64,000 nucleotides of DNA from Harriotta raleighana (taxonomy: Eukaryota): the NCBI GenBank assembly GCA_050575255.1, contig JBNZDD010013687.1, positions 4,202,082 to 4,266,081 on the forward strand, in the 5' to 3' direction. Position 1 is the first letter of the stretch, and every line of letters begins with the position of its first letter. This document shows, piece by piece, positions 37,721 to 51,310 of the stretch. A program made the translations under genes and the position numbers. The notes beneath the pieces were generated by a model, which was not told where the DNA came from, searched no databases, and was given only the letters and a program-made list of their open reading frames with translations.

Positions 37721-39499
37721 CTGTATGAAGAAAAGAAGAACTAATAATAGGAATGCACTGTGTTTGCACTGTAGTAAGTCTTTCTTGGTGGCCATTAGAA
37801 AACAAAGCTCCACTGTGTAGCACAGACATTGGTACGGAATGCTGATTCATCTCTTGATTTTATATCCATGCTTCCCAGCACTCAGAGCAGGGAAGAAACT
37901 TAGTTTGATGTGCAAAACTACTTTATCAGAGTAGGCAGTATAACTTGGTGTTGTATGCTTTACCATTTTCAAAGCAGGTTCTAATCAAATCGCTGGTAAC
38001 TGCAGCATTACAATAAAAATTGACAAATTGCAACTGTCTGTATACTTAATCTAACATTATGTTACAATTAGAGCTGTTTGCTTGTTATATTCTAAAAAAA
38101 AATCTGTTTACAAATGTGATAATCAATAATCACTGCTAAACAGATTGATTTTTATACTTTTCACTCAGTAGATTTCTTTTGAAATTTATACAAAGATTTA
38201 CAGGTTTCCTATTGTACACAGAACACATACATATATAAACATACTGTACAGGTAATCAAATTATTGCAGAATAGGAATTATAATTGAAGTTTAATAGGGA
38301 ATAACTATTTAATAGCATTGTGAAAATGTTTAAGTCTCTAGCACTGGATCTTTATGGTCCTTAATTTTGTTTGCAACAGCTTGTGCTAATGTTCAAAGCT
38401 TTGCCAAGTGGTGGTAGATATTGTAAAGTTAGCTGTAGGGCAGTCATTTCTTAAAGCTGTCATAGTCATTTATAGTGATGCTCTGACCTGTGTGTTCATT
38501 TGCAGTTTGCCTAAAACTCTTAGACAGAAGATGGAAGTTTGTATATTATTACACATCTATATTGATTTATCAGTAACATAATACTGCATACTGTGCATAC
38601 AGTCTCTACCAGAAAGGCTATATCTAGTACTAGTAACATAACATCATCTTGTTGTGGAATACTTTTAACAGGTCAATCGCAAAACTATCAATGAAAGATT
38701 AATGATAACCTAACCACTGCACGAATAGAAAGAACTAATATTTAATAAGACAAACATTAAAAATCATTAGATATTCCAGAATGTGAACTTCTACGATTAA
38801 CTCAAACTGTGCTTACATTTGCCAATAACAATTTTTAATTGATAATTGTAATGTCAATCAACATTAAAATGTAGTTTTTCTTCACATTTAAAAAGAAAAC
38901 AAAATAACAACTCATTCAGACTGGATACTCAGCTCCTGGGGAGGGGGAACAGCTGTAGCTTTAGCTTCAATTTTCACAATAGAATTCATCATATAAAGAG
39001 CTCTATTTTCCTTGCTAAACTTATCTCTTCCAGCCATTTTACATTCTCATCAGCTTCCATCAATGAAATAACCTCTACACCAATGTGTTAAATTCTCTGC
39101 TCATTATGGCTTCTTTTACCAACCACACCACATAAGGAGCACTTGGTTCAAGCCACATTTTTCTCACAGTTGTGCTAGAAAGAGCACCAGCATTTTCTCC
39201 CGACAACTCAGATAATCTCTCACAGATTTCAAGGCTGAGCGTCAGATCACACCATGGTGTGATTATTTCAAATTCATTCGTGTTCTGAAGCTGCATGCTT
39301 AGTTTCATTGTGATGGATTAGGCCTGCCACTAGTTGATGATGAATGTTTAGATTCGATTCTTCGCAGACATTACACACAAAATGTTCCTTCATTCTTTAA
39401 AAGAAAAGCATGACGAACTAAACATTACACTAGAATTTAAAATATTATCTTAGTGAATTATTTTGATGTATCCATAATTGTTTCACAATAAAGCTCTTC

Positions 39500-39820
39500 A
39501 GAGTTGGTAAAGTCAATGCTTTTTTAGAGTGGAATCGGGACATGCAGACCTGGGAGGTTATAGGTCAGGGTAACAGAAATGCAATAAGTTTAGCCTCTGC
39601 TCACCAGACCTGTTAAGGAGAAGACAACTGCAGCAAAGTCTTCCACTCTTAAATAATATTCAATGAAATCTGCTGGAAAGAGTGGATGCTGGGTGAGGAT
39701 GCCCCTTACCATCTATAAAGCGTCTTGACACATGACAAGGTATGGCCCTTGTATCTGTATACTTGTATGAGTCAGGAGTTGAGTGAGAACAATTGGTGGA
39801 ATGTCAAGGGAATAATCTTA
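39500..39820 (+). mobile_element. Ancient SINE-like repeat (family B, copy 2)
   Basis: tgctggaaagagtggatgctgggtgaggat is the reverse complement of the gtcctc-acctggcatccac block in the 40540 copy. Confidence 0.45.
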
Positions 39821-40539
39821 AAATAATACAATAATAGAGTCATGAATCTGACTGCCTATACATTCTACTTTGGGCAGTTTTGTTTGAAGGAAAGTTTCAA
39901 AGATATCAATAAGAGCAACTCCAGCACACTAATCAAATATTAGTGTACAATAGGCCGACTTCTTCCAGTTTAAATAGGCAAAGAGCACAAATATCTTGTC
40001 TGCTTTGAGCAACCTTGTCCAATATCAAAATATAAAATAGTTAACTGGATTCATTACATTACAAAATGCTTGTTTTGTGATGAAACATGAATGTACTAAA
40101 ATATATATTTCTCTAGTTTGTAGATTATTTTATCAAACAACTTCCTCAATATGAGTGTTTTACAATAGAAGGCTATTCACATATCAAATGCAAGGATTGT
40201 TATTCACCTCAGATACAAATCAATTTCAGTTGGACTGATGGGGTTGGGGGGCACAGGACTACAACTGTGATAAGGAAGGAAAATATATATGAAAGGATTT
40301 CTTCTTCTGATTGTTATCCAGTTCCTGTGAAAACCCAAGTGCCAAAAATTTGGTTTCCTTTTACTTGATGGTTTACTACTTCAATTTTTAAAAAAAATGT
40401 CCATAACTTCAAATAAAAAAAGTTGCTATTGACAATGTCATTGACTTGGTTATTTTTATGGGTAACTAAGAAACATGGTTTTGCTCTGCGTTTTCTACCC
40501 TGACTGAAGACTGATTCAATGGGCAGTTGTTAGTCTTTA

Positions 40540-40790
40540 GTGCCTCAACTAAGATTTTCTCCATGTGTGAAGCAAGACAATGAATATAAGCTGCTTATTT
40601 GTTCATGGGGGCCAACACAAAGAAGTCCAATCCTGTCCTCTTACCTGGCATCCACATCAATGCACTTCACAGTCACTGGCTAGCAATCAGAAAAGGAAAT
40701 CTTGACCTATACCTTTACCTCTCCCTAGCCTAGGTGTGCATCCTGATCCAAAAAAATTAATAACGTTTGCAGCGATCAACCTAGTATTTA
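40540..40790 (-). mobile_element. Ancient SINE-like repeat (family B, copy 3)
   Basis: ccaatcctgtcctcttacctggcatccac...gtcactggctagcaatcagaaaaggaaatcttgac...ctccctagcc, with motifs shared with the other copies. Confidence 0.55.
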
Positions 40791-42975
40791 TAGTCAATAT
40801 CTTAAAAATATAACTTGATTTTGTGCTGCCTACTATTTAGCATGAGTTTCTTTGGAAGAAACTGAGCTCTAAATCTAATCTATTCACAAATCTATTCACT
40901 GAATTATATTTTCAATATAATAGGAGAAATATGCTGAGAATAAAAATTAAACCAAATGCAACCTTTTCTTATTAATTTTCTAATAACAAGAGTTTAAAAA
41001 AATAAAGTTTAGACTTTTTGGAAACCCAAATCAAAAGAACACACAAAACCATATTCATTGTGGCCATTGTATCTTTTCTTATAATCCTGTTGCCAGAATA
41101 TTACTGTAAACTTAAGTAACATGTAGCAGAAAAAAACCAAAATAATTTTGACCAGCATAATTTTACTGCTGTTTTACCCAAGAACTGTAAAATTCTCTGT
41201 TTCTTTCCAGAACCCATATCTATCCACCCCCACCTTATAATTCAACCGGCAAACAGATCAAGCAGCTGAGTTTGTAGAAAGTCTGTTTGTTCTGTGCTAA
41301 GAACCCTTATGTGACCCTTCACAGATTCAACTGACACCTCTGGGAGAATTGCAGAAACTCTGCTTAATCATCTGCAAAATTGCAATTTTCTCTGAATTGA
41401 AAGCTTATTTTATGGTAGTGTTTTCTGATTGTATTTATCCATTTAAAGATTATATATATGTATATATATCCTATAGATAGTATATCACATATTGTAGTCA
41501 TACAACATGCACAAATAGAAAAAAAATTACATATGCATGACATTGAAGAAAAGCACACTATTGGAGGAAATCTCCCTAGGTACCCGTAAAAGATTACAGC
41601 ACTGGTCTTCCTAGCTCTAAGCTGTAGACGTGATTATGAATAGAAATTTTCTGATTCCATGGCACTTATGCCAATAGCATTTGTGTGAATCAACCTGACG
41701 GGTTGTGGGTAATCAATACTGAACACTAATTCCAAACCCTTGCATTATTTGCTAGCTCACTGTAGAAAATTGTCACACTTTTCACATTGTTTTGCAGAGC
41801 TTATGGTTAGATAATGATATAGCGCCTTATCACATTGTTGAGACATCTCAAAACACTTTACAGGATATACTGTAAAGTGGTTTGACTATTTTGAGGGCAA
41901 AAGGCAGCAGTCAGTTGCGCACAGCAATGTCCACAAGCTACCATGAAGTGAATGGGCAATTTTTATTTGGAGATTTGTTGGCAGGGCACCAAGATATTTA
42001 TTTATCTATATTTACAGAACATAATAGTAATAATAAAACTTGCATTTGAGGTGGCACCTTATCATGTTGTTGGCACATCTCAAATTGTTTCACACAATAT
42101 ATTGTGAAGTGGATCATATGTAAATGAGCAAAGCTCAAGTTGGAGCAAACAGAATAATATGAAGAGAAACAAAATAGTTGTTCAAAATGCTACAAATTTC
42201 AACAACATTAGATGTATTAATTAACTGGTGTATGAAAAAATGTTTTGTCATTCAATTCGTACTTTATTCAAAAATTTTCTCCTTAAACCATTTCAGAATG
42301 TTACAACTTTACATTCTACAAAGTTTAATCAAAATGACACCTTTGACAACAAGAAAAAGTGTCTATTTAGATCCTGAGAATAACTAGTGTAGAATATAAG
42401 AATTTCTGTTGTTCAATTGTTATATATATTGTTACAATGTGTGGTAGAAGCAGGTTTCAAAAATCATTGGATGAAAACACAGTTTCTTCAATGCCATATT
42501 GTTTGTAAAATATCAGGTCTGAAATAATCAAACTGACCCAACCAACCAATGTACGACTACTTCTTGTCATATTTTGTTTTCTTTCCAACTTGTGGTGCAA
42601 AGACTTGAAACATTATTTTTGGCATCATCTTTTACTTACCATTGCTTTCTGTACACAGCAGTAAGAAAGTAACAAAAATACTTGAGATTTTACAAATCCC
42701 CCACCACAACACAAATAACATTTTTCTACTTCCAGTTATTAAATGGCAAATGAAACATTTACTTTGAATAATACAAAACCAATGTTTACCATAATCCTGA
42801 TATACTCCTAACATAAAAGGAGCTAAATCAAATATAAGGATTATTATTAAGGTCCTATTGTGCAGGTATAACCTATTAGTGGAAAGAAAGCAAATGGATT
42901 CAGTACAATCAACGGGATGAAAGAAAACAAATTAAATTTTCATTCTTTAAAAGACTGCAAAGCCACCTGACTTAC

Positions 42976-43206
42976 TTCTGAACTCTTTCGTTGACTTCAG
43001 TTTTGGCCTCCAATGCTTCCTGCAATTTATTTTTCAAGTCTGCTCGCTCAGCAATGGCCAACTGCAGTTGGGCTGCCAGATCTTCGGTCTTTTGATGTGC
43101 AACTGATGTTATGCCTTCACTGGCACGTAAAGCATCTTCGTAACTGTTTACAGTAAAGTTGAACTGCTCTGTGAGACTTGCCTCTTGAGATAAAGACTTG
43201 TGTAAA
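42976..43206 (-). CDS. MIPOL1: Mirror-image polydactyly 1, penultimate coding exon (coiled coil)
   Basis: Minus-strand acceptor tttttag| and donor |gtaagt; 231 nt. Translates (S)LHKSLSQEASLTEQFNFTVNSYEDALRASEGITSVAHQKTEDLAAQLQLAIAERADLKNKLQEALEAKTEVNERVQ(K), matching the recalled MIPOL1 SLHKSLSQEENLKDQFNYTLSTYEEAL...NEKVQK. It is missing from the supplied ORF track. Confidence 0.92.
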
Positions 43207-44514
43207 CTAAAAAAAAATGAATGAGGTTTTATACAATTTAACTATTATTAGTAGAAAAAGACTGTTATCCATATTTATCAAAATATTACTCAAACTATGT
43301 AACATTTTGCTAATAATCCATATGCTACATATACCTGCCCATATCTTGCATTTGTTTTTATGAAGCAAATATAGTTCTCTTAATACATTAGATGCCACCT
43401 TTGATTTCCGTGGGGCTAAAACTGAACTATCTTTTGGCACACATGTCTTAGTTATATTTTTGATTGCCATGAAGGTGTGACTGATGACAAGACGTCATGT
43501 CCTGGCAAGTCAATCCTTATACTGAATGAGTGACAACAAATAAGAGTTTGATTCATTGACAATCAAAATGGGGAGCAGGGCTTGTAAAATATCAAGGTTC
43601 CTAAGAATCTGAGTTATTGGCACTTTGCAGATCTACCTGGACTGATGCCTGCATTCATTCCCTCTCCATGAGGACACCAATCTGCCACAAAATTTTCAGT
43701 TGTCTGCATCACACTTTGAAATAACACCCTATGTCTGAAATATATAGCATTGGATAATTGCTTTTTTATCCTCAAGTTGCATTTTAAATGTAAATTAAGA
43801 ATGGTAGTAGATTCATGGTGTCTGATCTGTTAAAAATATTTAAACAAGATTAACAAACATACATCTATACAGCAATATTTATGTAAAAGAAAGACTGCAT
43901 ATGCTAAATAATAGGAATGGTAGAAGAAATTTAGAATTACCCAGTGGTCTCAATGAAGACATAAAGCACTAGACTAAATCTATTTCGCATAAAACATCAT
44001 AACACAAAAAGGAAGTTTAGTGGTTCATAAGTCATTAGAATCCCAAGGTTAGATTCTAACCTGGAAATTTTACTCAACTGAATGGATTGTTTATATATAA
44101 TGCATACAAGATCCTGGCGTGAATTTATTAAATTTTACCCTCATTTGACAGTGAAATTGTGAATATAACCAGAAGACTATAAGTAGTTGATCTGTAACAT
44201 TTGTATTCTGACAGTCTGTGAATTGTTTTAATTTGAAACTATCAACGCCAATTAGCTATGCTACTGGATTTCTTTACATTTTCCACTTCCCTGTGGTACT
44301 AGGAATGATGGAAATGACAAGGCCAAGCACTGTTCAACACCATTGTTCCTCAAAAATAAACTTTATGTACAAAGTAGTTCAAGACCTACCAAAAATGTTA
44401 TGGAAGACTTCTTGGAACTGGGGAGATTTATGTTTGGGGATAATACCAGTTTTGTGAAAAACTGGTATTCAAATTGAAGCAAATACATTAAATCCAATGT
44501 GGCTTACATACCAC

Positions 44515-44860
44515 CAAAAAATTACATTTGTAGAGCAACTTTCATGTTGGAGAACATTCCAAAGTGCTAAACAGTCGGGGGTCAGGCCCCGAGCATGGTT
44601 TGGGATGAGGTGGGGCAGAGCGGTAGGAGTGTGGGTGAAGGCACAGTTGAAAAAGAGGGTCTTGTGTTGAGCCTTGAAGGAGGCAAGAGAGGAAGCAAGG
44701 TGAAGGGATTGTGGGATGGAGGTCCAAAGGGTGGGGGCAGAGAGGCTGAAAGCCCAGCCACCGATGGTAGGGCCGGTCGGGCGGGAGTCATGTTCAATGG
44801 AGGAAGCAGACAGGTTGTTAGGAGGTCAGCAGGTCAGAGAGGTGGGTGGTGAGGAGAAAG
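44515..44860 (-). mobile_element. L2 LINE 3' fragment (older)
   Basis: Reverse tail attacatttgtagagcaactttcatgttggagaacattccaaagtgct and a purine-rich body like 9750-10100. Confidence 0.75.
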
Positions 44861-45239
44861 ACTGTGGATTTGTGACTCACTGGACATAACAGTCTGGAAT
44901 TTAAGATTTAATTTGTTGGAAAGCCCTCCCAACGTGAAAGGCGCTATACAAATGTAATTTTGCTGTTGTTATTTCAATTTTGAGAAGGGAACCCCCAAGA
45001 ACAAAATGTGAAACTTGTGGATTTATACAAAACATGCTCCCCAGTCAAACAAAAGGCTGAGTCAATAGAATAACTCGAAAAATGACTACAACTACACTTT
45101 TTTCAGTAAGTCTCTCAGTCATTGATACCATCATGAAAATTACTGTGAAAATTAACGAATCTCATGTATATTGCTACACGAAGCTCTTGAATGACTTGTT
45201 CAAATGTTTAATTCTATGTGCATGATCCTAGACCCTGAG

Positions 45240-45555
45240 ATTCATCAGGGAATTTGACCATGGGGAAGAAGAGGAGCTGTGAAGAGATATCATAGCCAAT
45301 GACAATCTTATCTTCACTTGGCATTCACATACAAAGTACACTTAGCAGTGATATATGTACTTATGTACAGTACAAACTCCAAGCTAATTTTTTACCTCTC
45401 AAACAGGGAGGGGACAACAGAGGCTAAATACACTCCCTCAACCAATAGCCCTGCTTCAAATTAGCTAACTCAAAATGGACCAGCAATCAAATCGTACATT
45501 ACTGGGCAGCAAGACTCAGCATCACATTATCCAATACCACTGAGCCATTTGGGAA
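45240..45555 (-). mobile_element. Ancient SINE-like repeat (family B, copy 4)
   Basis: atttgaccatgg...tcttcacttggcattcac...attagctaactca...cactgagccattt, with motifs shared with copies 1 and 3. Confidence 0.5.
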
Positions 45556-46789
45556 TATTAATGGGTTTCTTTGCAAAATGGAATGTCAATCCATATAAAC
45601 AACCAAGTGCAGCATAGAATGGAAGAATGGAAGCTTCAAAACCAGAGAAAAAAAATTGAGGCAGTATAATAGAGTACAGAAATGTATGTTCAAACTACTC
45701 AAATAATCACTTATGCTATTGAAAATACATTTTAACCAGATACCAAGAATTATATATTCCTTATTTTTGAAAGTCAATATATAAATGTTTCTCTTAATCA
45801 TGAATTCAGCCATAATTTTAATATATTTTGCACCATGGTACGTGTTGTATTCTGAAGTATTACATTGAGAAGTTCCAACCATTTACTGAATGTATTATGG
45901 ATTATTTATAGCTTTGGTTTCCAAGGAATAGTGTTTACCTTCATGTAGTCACTTTGTTCTGTGGCTTTTTAATTAGCTGAAATAGGCTGCAATTGTGACC
46001 AAGAGGAAATCAATTCTTATTTGATATTGATAACTCTGCTGTGACGTAAACTGTGTGTTCGCTTTAATTAAATGCAAACATGTGCAGTAAAAGAGTTCAG
46101 TAATGATGACAACAGCAAGATTTGAAAATAATTGCTTAACATGGATCAACAGATTTTCCTTTCTGCACAAACTTGTGCAATCTCTGACAGAAAGGCAAAG
46201 AATCAGGCATGACTTCACTTGAGATCATCTATGAGAAAGGCTAAATGCATTCTAACTGGTCAGTAAAACTTGAGGTTACTGATTAACATTTCGATCTGAT
46301 AGCTAATCAATGGTAGTGCTTGGAGACCAACACTCCATGTTGAACTGACCCTTCTCCTAAAAGTCATGACTTGGTAAATATTTAATAGTAGTACAGGGCT
46401 TTTACCCTTTATCAAGATGGTATGTAAAAGGACACTTAAAAAAAAACTTTGTTCCTTTTTTCTCTAAATACAATTAATACTGACATTTAATAACAACATG
46501 TAAGTGGCTAAGGAAAACACACCATACGGCTATCCCAACATATGTTTACCCAGTCTAAAAACCAATAGAAAACAGACTTAAATTGTTCTGTTTATTATCC
46601 ATTCTATTGTGGCAAATTAACATAAGCTTAATGTTACATATAGATACAAATCAAAACAATGAACCACAGTATATTGTTAAGTACATTGTACATATATATT
46701 ATATAGTTGATTGGAGTTAAGCTGCCAATTTCCAACCACAATACATGTATAAACTGCAGTAAAATCCACAAATGTAAGTTTTATATTAT

Positions 46790-47140
46790 TTAACAACAAG
46801 GATATATATAGTGCCCTCCATGCCAAATAGCGCCTCAGAGTGCTTCACGAAGCAGAGCCCGGGTCCGAGCCAGGGGGCGGGGGAAAAAGGTGACCAAATG
46901 CGCGGTCAAACAGAAAAGTCTTCAGGCACGATCTGAAAATGGGAAAGGAGGGGACGAGGAGAAGGGAATTCCAGAGCTTCGGGGGACAGTGGCTGAAGGC
47001 ATGGCCGCTGACAGCGGAAAGGAGGATTTGGGGAAAAGGAGGAGGCCAGACCCAGTAGAGCGAAGGCAATGGGTACTGTTGTGAGGAGAGATTAGAGAGT
47101 TATGGGGTTGCAGAGGAGTGGAGGGATTTGAACACAAGAG
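46790..47140 (-). mobile_element. L2 LINE 3' fragment
   Basis: Peptide SGHAFSHCPPKLWNSL...LKTFLFDRAF with a tail matching the 8421 and 57712 copies. Confidence 0.8.
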
Positions 47141-49391
47141 TTCCAATGTCCTGTAATTTTCAGCAATGAGAAGTGGGGGCCAACACATAACTTGTCTGTG
47201 AAAAGCAAATGGTAAGTAAGGCTTTGTTAATGTGACATAAAAGTTGAAAGAGAAAAATAACAAACCACACTTCTAACTTCTGAAATGCAAACTAACCAGT
47301 GGTGTGATCACAAATAGCTGTTGCTTGCCAACTACTTCTCATCAAATCTCTTTGTCTGATTGACTTTTGGTTTGTATTACAGTATTCAGCTCATAATACA
47401 TTTTAAAAATTGATTAAAATCAAATAATTTCTCTCAGACTATAGGAACTGCAATGCTGTAATTACATTTCTATTAAGTTTCATTATTTGCTAAATCTTGC
47501 AGTACATGCTTTCAATACATGGCTTCTGCTAACTATATGTGCTAATTCATATATTCTAAATGTACACAGTTTGAAAAATGTTAAATTCAATTTATTTAAT
47601 CTTTTTAAGATTTACATTCTAATCATATAAATGGTAAGAATACTTTGTCAATTATACCTCCTATAAAAAATTTCAAAAACAAGCATCGCATATTTTAATC
47701 AGTTGAATTCCAACTTGCTTCATCCTCCGGTTGAAGCTAAAAAGAGATAATCTTATTAGTTCTCTTGGTAAATCCCCTGCATGACCACTAATTCCATGCC
47801 TTAATGTCTAATGTCCCTTTTCTTGAACTGCCTCTTGCATAGTACAGCATTATGTACTTTAATACCTTATTGATGCCATTTCCAACAAAATCATTGGTAC
47901 TCCTTTTTAATGCATTATTTTGAAATCAACTAAAACAATGAAAAAAAATGTAATTATAATTTTTGTGGTATATTTTTAAGAGGACACTGATTACATTAAC
48001 CACTGGTATGTCAATAGCATTTGAAGCTATGTAATATGTTTAGGTATAGTATTAAAATGTAAAGATATAGGGAAATAGGAACCAAAGACATTTTGAACCA
48101 CAAAGCTTGTTCTACCAGTTTATTATTCGATCGGGAGAAACCGTTTAATTCTAGATCCCCGACTTTTCTCTGCACCTATTTATACCTTTCCTCACGTGGA
48201 ATTAAACGAGGTAAATGAATTGCACCACAGTACATAAAAGATCATATTAATATCATACTGCAGTGATCAATGGCAAAACATTGAAGGATCTGTGTCAGCT
48301 CTGGATGGAACAGTTTTAAGACAATTGGACCCAAACAGGGCCCTGTTTGAATTTATTACTAGTTAAGAAAAAAAAACTTTGTAGTAAACACATTTAATAA
48401 AAATTAGTTTATTTTACACAAAAACACCAAATATGATCAATAACCTCTAATAAACCGCTATTAGGGGTTGTATGTAGGGGGTGGGGGGGTGGAGGTGGGG
48501 GGGGAAGGGAAGGTAGAGGAGAGGCCTCTCTGCATTAATGTCCCAAAGTCAGTCATCATTTTTAGTTTCCTTTTAAAAATCATGACTGGATAAACCTGCT
48601 AAGCAAGCTCTTGCTAAAAATGTGGTAAAAACATGTGGTCTAATTAATCAAGTGTTTCTATGCTCTCGATCGTATTTGGTCTGCCCTACCTTCAAGTGAA
48701 CTTCTGACCCATTCTTGCACTGGAGAATCAAAGGGAGGTTAAACATGCCTTTTGTTTCAAAAGAAGGTATGTTAAACATCCAAAATAAAAGACTTGGATT
48801 TTGTAAATTGTCAAAAGTACATATTCATGTAAAATATAAAATGTTTTACTTTCAATTGATATAACACATGACTACCACCATAAATCACAGTGACAGAGTT
48901 TTGCAATATCGTTCTCGAGGACTATACACATAGTGATCTGTTGGTCTCATATCTTTTGTGTTTACGACAGAAGTGTCCTGGAAACCCAGTGGAGTGTAAT
49001 ATAGTCTGTTCTATAGAGTAAACAGAAGAATATAGAGATAGCAATTTCCCATAAAATAGCATTACAATTAGACTTGGCCATATGGTTTGTTGGCTAGAAA
49101 ATATTGAAATGATGGTTCAGAACTAAAAAGGTTTTGGTTATATTCAATGGCAGCATCTTTACCAGTTAACTTTTGTGGATGTTTCTGTACTGTGTCCATG
49201 TTCCAGTTAAGTGTTTGATAAAATGTAAATGAACCTTTCCTAATCTCACTTAAAACCTAAAATGAATTTAAGTTGAGGAGAGGACCTGTTCTGCTGTCTA
49301 TTAATGATGAATTGCAATACAATGCATTATCTGTCACTTTAACAATATTTCAAATTAGCGAGTCTATGGAACTAATAATAATCAAAAATAA

Positions 49392-49815
49392 AATAACCTT
49401 TGCATTTTATATGGCTTCTTTCATGTTGGAAGAATGTCTCAAGGTGCTTCATAGGATTTATCGTAAAATGTCATGAATTGAATTTTGTAGGCAAACACAG
49501 CAAGAAATTTGCACACAGTAATATGCCACAAACAAGATGAGGTGAATAAATAATTTTATCTGGGGATACTGGGAGAAACTCCCTTCTCTTTTCAAATAGT
49601 GCCTGGAATCCTTAACATCCGCCGAACAGGCAAATGGACATGGGTTTCACCTCTCATCCAAAGGACAGCATCTCCAACAATACAGTGATTACAGCAATAC
49701 AGTATTGCATTTGAATGTCAGCCTCCATTGTAAGTTCAAAGTCCCAAAATGGAGCTTAAACCCACAACGTTTTGACTCAAGAGGTGAAAGTACTACCAAA
49801 TGAGCCACCAGGCTG
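49392..49815 (-). mobile_element. Old Deu-domain SINE (AmnSINE1/SINE3/SacSINE1-like)
   Basis: Minus strand reads a tRNA-like head, then gctgacattcaaatgcaatactg...gatgctgtcctttggatgagagg...ggcactatttgaaaagagaagggagtttctccc, matching the Deu core as recalled. It ends in the same tail as the young SINE. Confidence 0.7.
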
Positions 49816-49990
49816 AAGCCAGTACAGAATTAATGTGGTAAATTATCATGAAGCAGTTAATACACATTGCAAAAACTTGTCTATCTTATCATTGCATTTT
49901 AATTGTGGACAAAAAAATCATGTTAAGACTATGTCATTACAAATCCTGATATCGGTCTTAAACCCATACCCTTCTGATTCAGAGACTACC

Positions 49991-50331
49991 TGGAGCTCCT
50001 GTGGCTCAGTGGTTAGAGTACTCGCCTTAAAAGTGTGAGACCTGTGTTCGAATCCAGGCAGATCAGGGCAAAACCTTGGGCAAGTTTCCTTACTCCACAT
50101 GCCTAATAATAATCCCTCAAAAAAAAACCAAAAAAAAAACCACAATAATAAAATTGGTCATTTTCAATCCATGACTGTTTGTGGGACACTGCTGTGCGCA
50201 ATTGGCTGCCGCGTTCCGCCCACAAATATACAGTCAATTCACTTTACAGTAAATTCTGTGAAGCGCTTTGGGACGTCGATAAGATGTGAAAAGCGCTATA
50301 TCAAATGCAAGGATTATTATTATTATTATTA
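49991..50331 (+). mobile_element. Young tRNA-derived SINE, full length
   Basis: A box tggctcagtgg, B box gttcgaatcc, LINE-like 3' stem-loop aagcgctttgggacgtcgataagatgtgaaaagcgct and (TAT)n tail. Many copies occur in the window. Confidence 0.9.
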
Positions 50332-50964
50332 CCTCTGTGCCAATTGCTCATCTGAAGACGATTGCTACAGTCACACTGACAACAAGTGCTGCTATACTGA
50401 CTTAATCTGACTTCAATACATCTGCAGGCTATTTGAAGATGCCATACTTGCACATCACCTAATGACATGCTAGCAACCAACACAAATATCCTTTTAAAAG
50501 GATATCAAATATTTGAATCATAAACCTTCACTATTTATCAGGCCTTTGTGTACACTTGAGATTTTCAACCAATTTAGCTCAATGAGAACCACTTCTATGT
50601 GTAGTGCACATATATTATAGAAATACATTTATTTGCAAAGGCGCATCTATCCTTAAGGCATAAATTAAAATCAAACCCTTAATTTTCACAAAATACTGTA
50701 TACGGTCCATCCCCTTTACAATATATTCTGTGAAATACTTTGATGGATCTCAGTGACTGATTAAGGCACTATATCAATTGCAAGTACAGTATTAATATAT
50801 ATTACTATATTATAACCTAAATTGTATCATTTATATTTTGTGTGGTTTTTTCTCACTGCTTGATCACTCAATTAATATTACATTGCCTCCGCTGATTAGT
50901 ACAAATTTTTGAAAGTAGGGGAAGCGGGCTGTCGATCTGTTTGCTGAAATGTGTCCCCAAAGCA

Positions 50965-51291
50965 TTATTGTTATAATAATAATCCTTACATTTAATACAG
51001 TGCTTTTCACATATTCTAGACATCTCAAAATGCTTCACAGAATGTACTGTAAAGTGAATTGACTGAATATTTGTGGGCAAAACGGAGCAGTCAATTGCCC
51101 ACAGCAGTGTCCCACAAACAATCGTGGATTGAAGTGATCAATTTTTCTTATTCTGTTTTTTTTGGAGGGATTATTATTAGGCATGTGGAGTGAGGAAACT
51201 TGCCCAAGATTTTGCCGTGACCTTCCTGGATTCGAACACATGTCTCACGCTTGTAAGGCTACTGCTCTAATCACTGAGCTACAGGACTCCA
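50965..51291 (-). mobile_element. tRNA-derived SINE (same family)
   Basis: Reverse-complement match to 49991-50331. Confidence 0.9.
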
Positions 51292-51310
51292 TATGGATAT
51301 CATGGAAATA

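Noticed and set aside
49991-50070. tRNA genes at A-box/B-box sequences (also 35385, 36066, 60240)
   Set aside because: They are SINE heads continuing into a shared body and (TAT)n tail, and no complete cloverleaf is evident.
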